Positions 61,737-64,000 of a stretch of 64,000 nucleotides of DNA are shown here, piece by piece. The position numbers and the translations under genes were made by a program. Below the pieces are notes generated by a model that was not told the DNA's origin, ran no database searches, and saw nothing but the letters and a program-made list of their open reading frames with translations. The stretch is from the NCBI RefSeq assembly GCF_009914755.1, contig NC_060925.1; one strand, given 5' to 3'. The stretch is from the human T2T-CHM13v2.0 reference genome, Homo sapiens. The stretch's first letter is position 1. Each line of letters opens with the position of its first letter.

Positions 61737-63384
61737 CTATTTCACTGGCCTAGGTATTCTTCCAATAATCACTTATTTCTTGTTAAACTATAGGAGTGTT
61801 ATAATATGTTTTCATTTCTAGTAGGGCTAATGCTCTTTTACTGCTTTTCTTTTCTCTCCTACATTTTATCATGAAAAATTTTCAAATGTTCAGAAAACTT
61901 ACAGTGAATACTCATCCATCTATCCATCCCTCTCTCAGTTCATCTTATTTTACGATACATTTCAAAGTAAATTGAAGACATCACTATCACCCTCCCAAAT
62001 ACTTCAGTATGCATAACATCAAATAGAGTTAAAAATTTGTTAGTGTTCCCTATTTTCCTGGAATAAATTTGTTTGTAATGAAAGTCACAAATCTTGAATG
62101 TAGTATCCAATGAGTTTTGAGAAATCTGGACACTCTCTGACTCCAGTAAAATTCTTTTTCTCAGTAAATCCTCACTTATATATACTCCTGTCCCAAAGGT
62201 AAATGCTATTTTAATTTTTTTTCTTATCATAAATTACTTTTGCTTGTTTTAGGACTTCATGTAAATGGAATCATACACTAAGTAAGTACACTTTTGTGTA
62301 AAGTTTCTTTCATTCAGTTAGTACGTCTTTATAGTCATCCATATTGTGTGTGTGTCATTTCTCTTAATTGCTGAGTAGTATTCCGTTTTATAAATAAACT
62401 ATACTTTATTGCTTGCTGAGGGACACTTGAGCTGTTTCCAGTTAGGGTCTATTATGTATTAAGCTGTTATGAACACACTTGAATAACTATTTTGTGGATG
62501 TATGTTTTCATTTTTCTTGGGTAAATATCTAAGAGTAGAATTATTGGGGTACAGGGTAAGTGAATGTTTAGTTCAATAGGGAACTATCATTCTTTTATCT
62601 AATAAGTGCAAGTTCCAGTTGCTTCAAATTTGACGTTGTAAGTCTTTTTAATTTTAGCTCATCTAGTGAAAGTGAAGTAGCAGTAGGGTTCTTCTTTGTT
62701 AGGTTTTATTTTTACTAGAATTTCTTGCATTTTTTTTCCTGTATGATTTTTAGAATAAATTTGTCTAGGTCCAGAAAAATAGCTGTTGTTGTATTTTTGA
62801 GATCATATTAAATTTATATTCTTTTGAGAAAATAAATTTCAGGAGTAATTTTTTCCAGTGACAATGCTTTTCATTTGTCCAAATCTACTTTTGTATCTTT
62901 CAGGAATCTTTTTAAAGTTTCCTCTTTTTTCCACATTTCTTATTAAGCTGACTCCTAAATTTTTATTTTTGTGTTGTTATTATAAATGGGTTTTCTCTTT
63001 CACTGTATCTTTACTTGGTTATTTTATTTATTACTAATGTCTGTTAATGTATAATAGTCACATATTGATTTTAATCTTGTTATCTTAATAAATTATTTTC
63101 TTCTGTGAGCTACTTTCATTATCGCTCTCATGAGTTTTCTAGGTATAGTGTCTTATCACTTGTAAATAGAGCAAATTTACGAGTTTTTTTAGTTCTTATG
63201 ATTCCAATAGTTTTCAATTTTCTTATTGCATTGGTTCTTGCCTATAGTAAAATGTTAAAGAACAGTGATGATTTTTTGGAATTCTTATCTTGTTTATAAC
63301 ATTAGTGAGAATGTCTTTATTATTATTTACCTATTCAACAAGAATATTGGCTTTAGGGTTAAATAATGTATTTTTCTATATAAG

Positions 63385-63492
63385 TCTAGATAGCTAAATA
63401 GCTGATCGAGATATACAATGGATACATACATAGAGATATTGATCTATCTATCAATCTATCTAATCTATCTAAACTACCCATTTATCTATGTA
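63385..63492. repeat. Degenerate (GATA)n/(TCTA)n tract
   Basis: TAGATAG...ATCTATCTATCAATCTATCTAATCTATCT. Confidence 0.65.
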
Positions 63493-64000
63493 ATCATGCT
63501 GAGGAAGTATCTGTTAATATAGCAGCCTATTTTTATTGAGTATTTTATCAGGAATGGGTATTTTGTCAAAACATTTTCAGCATCGAGGGGAAATCATAAA
63601 CTTTTAAAAATTATAGTAATATTTCTTTAATGATTTCCTATTATCAAATTATCCTTTTATTCCTAAATCTATTCCCACCTGGTTATGATATATTATTTTC
63701 TTAATTTGGTATTGAATTCTATGTGCTAACATTTTATTTAGAATATTTGCTTTGATATGAGATCGTGTTTTTAGTTTTTCTTGTACTATCTTTGTCATGT
63801 TTATGTTCTATTGTTATACTTGATACAAAGTTTGCAAGCTTTTCCTCTTTCTTTTCTGTATGCCCTGGAACAATTTATGTAGTGTTGGTGTTATGTGGCC
63901 TTAAAGGTTTGGTAAAATTTATCTGTGACACCATCTTGGACAATTGATTTTATTACGTTGACTTTTTAATTTTTAGGTGTATGGTAGTCCTTTGGTAAAT

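Overview
Primate (hominid, human-like) nuclear DNA that is AT-rich and dominated by repeats, so either intergenic or deep intronic. I can support no host protein-coding exon. The window opens inside the 5'UTR of a near-full-length young L1 (L1PA2/L1PA3 type, 1-5688). Its ORF1 carries two CpG-decay stop codons, its ORF2 carries a single nonsense change after the CCHC knuckle, and its antisense ORF0 is open as far as the window edge. A 5'-truncated L1PA4-type copy with a clean TSD follows. The rest is a mosaic of 9 AluS elements, a FLAM, MIR, L2 and old L1 fragments, MaLR/ERVL/ERV1 solo LTRs and DNA transposons (MER1A, MER47A, Tigger3a, Kanga1-like). Three kinds of signal are not explained by the repeats: (i) two dispersed local duplications (73 bp and 103 bp), each copied from 1.6-2 kb downstream and bounded by 4-nt microhomologies, plus smaller template-switch-like scars; (ii) several + strand segments with good splice signals that could belong to a spliced non-coding transcript; (iii) a tight HOX/CDX-TCF-MEIS-SOX motif cluster in unique sequence near 50.65 kb. 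Repeat subfamily names come from recalled consensus sequences, not from a search. I found no convincing evidence of a new biological system.
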